Positions 14,805-15,342 of a DNA stretch of 15,342 nucleotides are shown piece after piece; positions within the stretch are counted from its first letter, which is position 1; the number at the start of each line of letters is the position of its first letter. Under the pieces are notes generated by a model that did no database searches, was not told the DNA's origin, and saw only the letters and a list, made by a program, of their open reading frames with translations. Source of the DNA: Sumerlaeia bacterium (lineage in GTDB: Bacteria; Sumerlaeota; Sumerlaeia; SLMS01; JAHLLQ01); NCBI GenBank assembly GCA_040219255.1, contig JAVJSW010000074.1:1-15342 (forward strand). Reading direction: 5' to 3'. The translations under genes and the position numbers were made by a program.

Positions 14805-14840
14805 CGAAAGCACTTGCGCAAAGCTTTTATCCCTTGTCAA
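14805..14840 (-). promoter_or_regulatory. Possible promoter/operator of the giant gene
   Basis: Consensus -35 TTGACA on the minus strand (14840-14835) in an AT-richer divergent intergenic region. The -10 position 17 nt on (GCAAGT) is non-consensus and is overlapped by the imperfect palindrome CGCAAGTGCTTTCG (14818-14805). Confidence 0.35.
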
Positions 14841-14985
14841 ACGCTTTTTATTCCTGTTTTTCACTCTCACCGGTTTTTCGCAATAAAACATCCCCGCACC
14901 TTGCAGTTCCGTCTTGCTTGCACCCTCCTCAAGTCTCACTAATGGTGGTCTCTATCAAGCGTTCTCAGGAGAGTTGACCACAGAC

Positions 14986-15342
14986 ATGGCGCGTTTTCCC
15001 CGCCGCGAAGGCGAAATGATCCACTTGGCCGACCAGATGATCCGGGGCCTCGACAAGTTCGGCCATCATTTCGACGGCAACGACCTCATGGGTCTCAAAC
15101 AGCTCCGCCAGCTCTATCAGGACAAGAAGGAGCGCCAGAACGAGTTGGCCGAGGCGTATAAAGCGGCGACAGAGGACAAGGATGGCGCCCTCATGGACCT
15201 GATCAACAAAATGAAGGACGAGTTGCGGCAGGCCGAACTGTCCACCGAGGAGAACCCCGCCCTCCTCGAGCGCATCGGCTGGGGCACGAAATCCCAGACG
15301 ACGGTCACCCCCCCGCCCAGCGCCCCCCGCGAACTCGACCTC
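14986..15342 (+). CDS. Partial CDS (3' truncated), hypothetical; probably helical N-terminus preceding a fibronectin type III-like domain
   Basis: ATG at 14986 with AGGAGAG at 14967-14973. 119 open codons run to the window end: MARFPRREGEMIHLADQMIRGLDKF...NPALLERIGWGTKSQTTVTPPPSAPRELDL. The FN3 call rests on the 'PSAPREL' start and recalled similarity to MARFP...IGWG proteins. Confidence 0.8.
   Translation, partial: MARFPRREGEMIHLADQMIRGLDKFGHHFDGNDLMGLKQLRQLYQDKKERQNELAEAYKAATEDKDGALMDLINKMKDELRQAELSTEENPALLERIGWGTKSQTTVTPPPSAPRELDL

Noticed and set aside
14762-14821. 20-codon N-terminal extension of the giant ORF from TTG 14821
   Set aside because: The ATG at 14761 has an RBS and directly starts the signal peptide. 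The extension overlaps the likely promoter.

Overview
GC-rich bacterial chromosomal window with four coding regions. They are a small hypothetical gene (+), mfd (-), a ~10.2 kb gene (-) for a giant secreted multi-catalytic alpha-glucan enzyme, and a divergent gene truncated by the window end (+) that the ORF track missed. The giant protein (~3412 aa) is the main finding. It reads as signal peptide - GH57/GH119-like catalytic module - 2 CBM25/CBM53-like modules - GH13 catalytic domain - 2 more CBM25/CBM53-like modules - an Ig-like domain split by an inserted CBM74-like domain - DOMON-like domain - second GH57 (4-alpha-glucanotransferase-like) module, joined by Pro/Thr linkers. This resembles a single-polypeptide 'amylosome'. 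Also seen: a perfect 94-bp fold-back inverted repeat at the window start, a ~170-bp long-hairpin element just upstream of mfd, a probable terminator and a possible operator/promoter. All family calls come from motif recognition by eye, not database searches.
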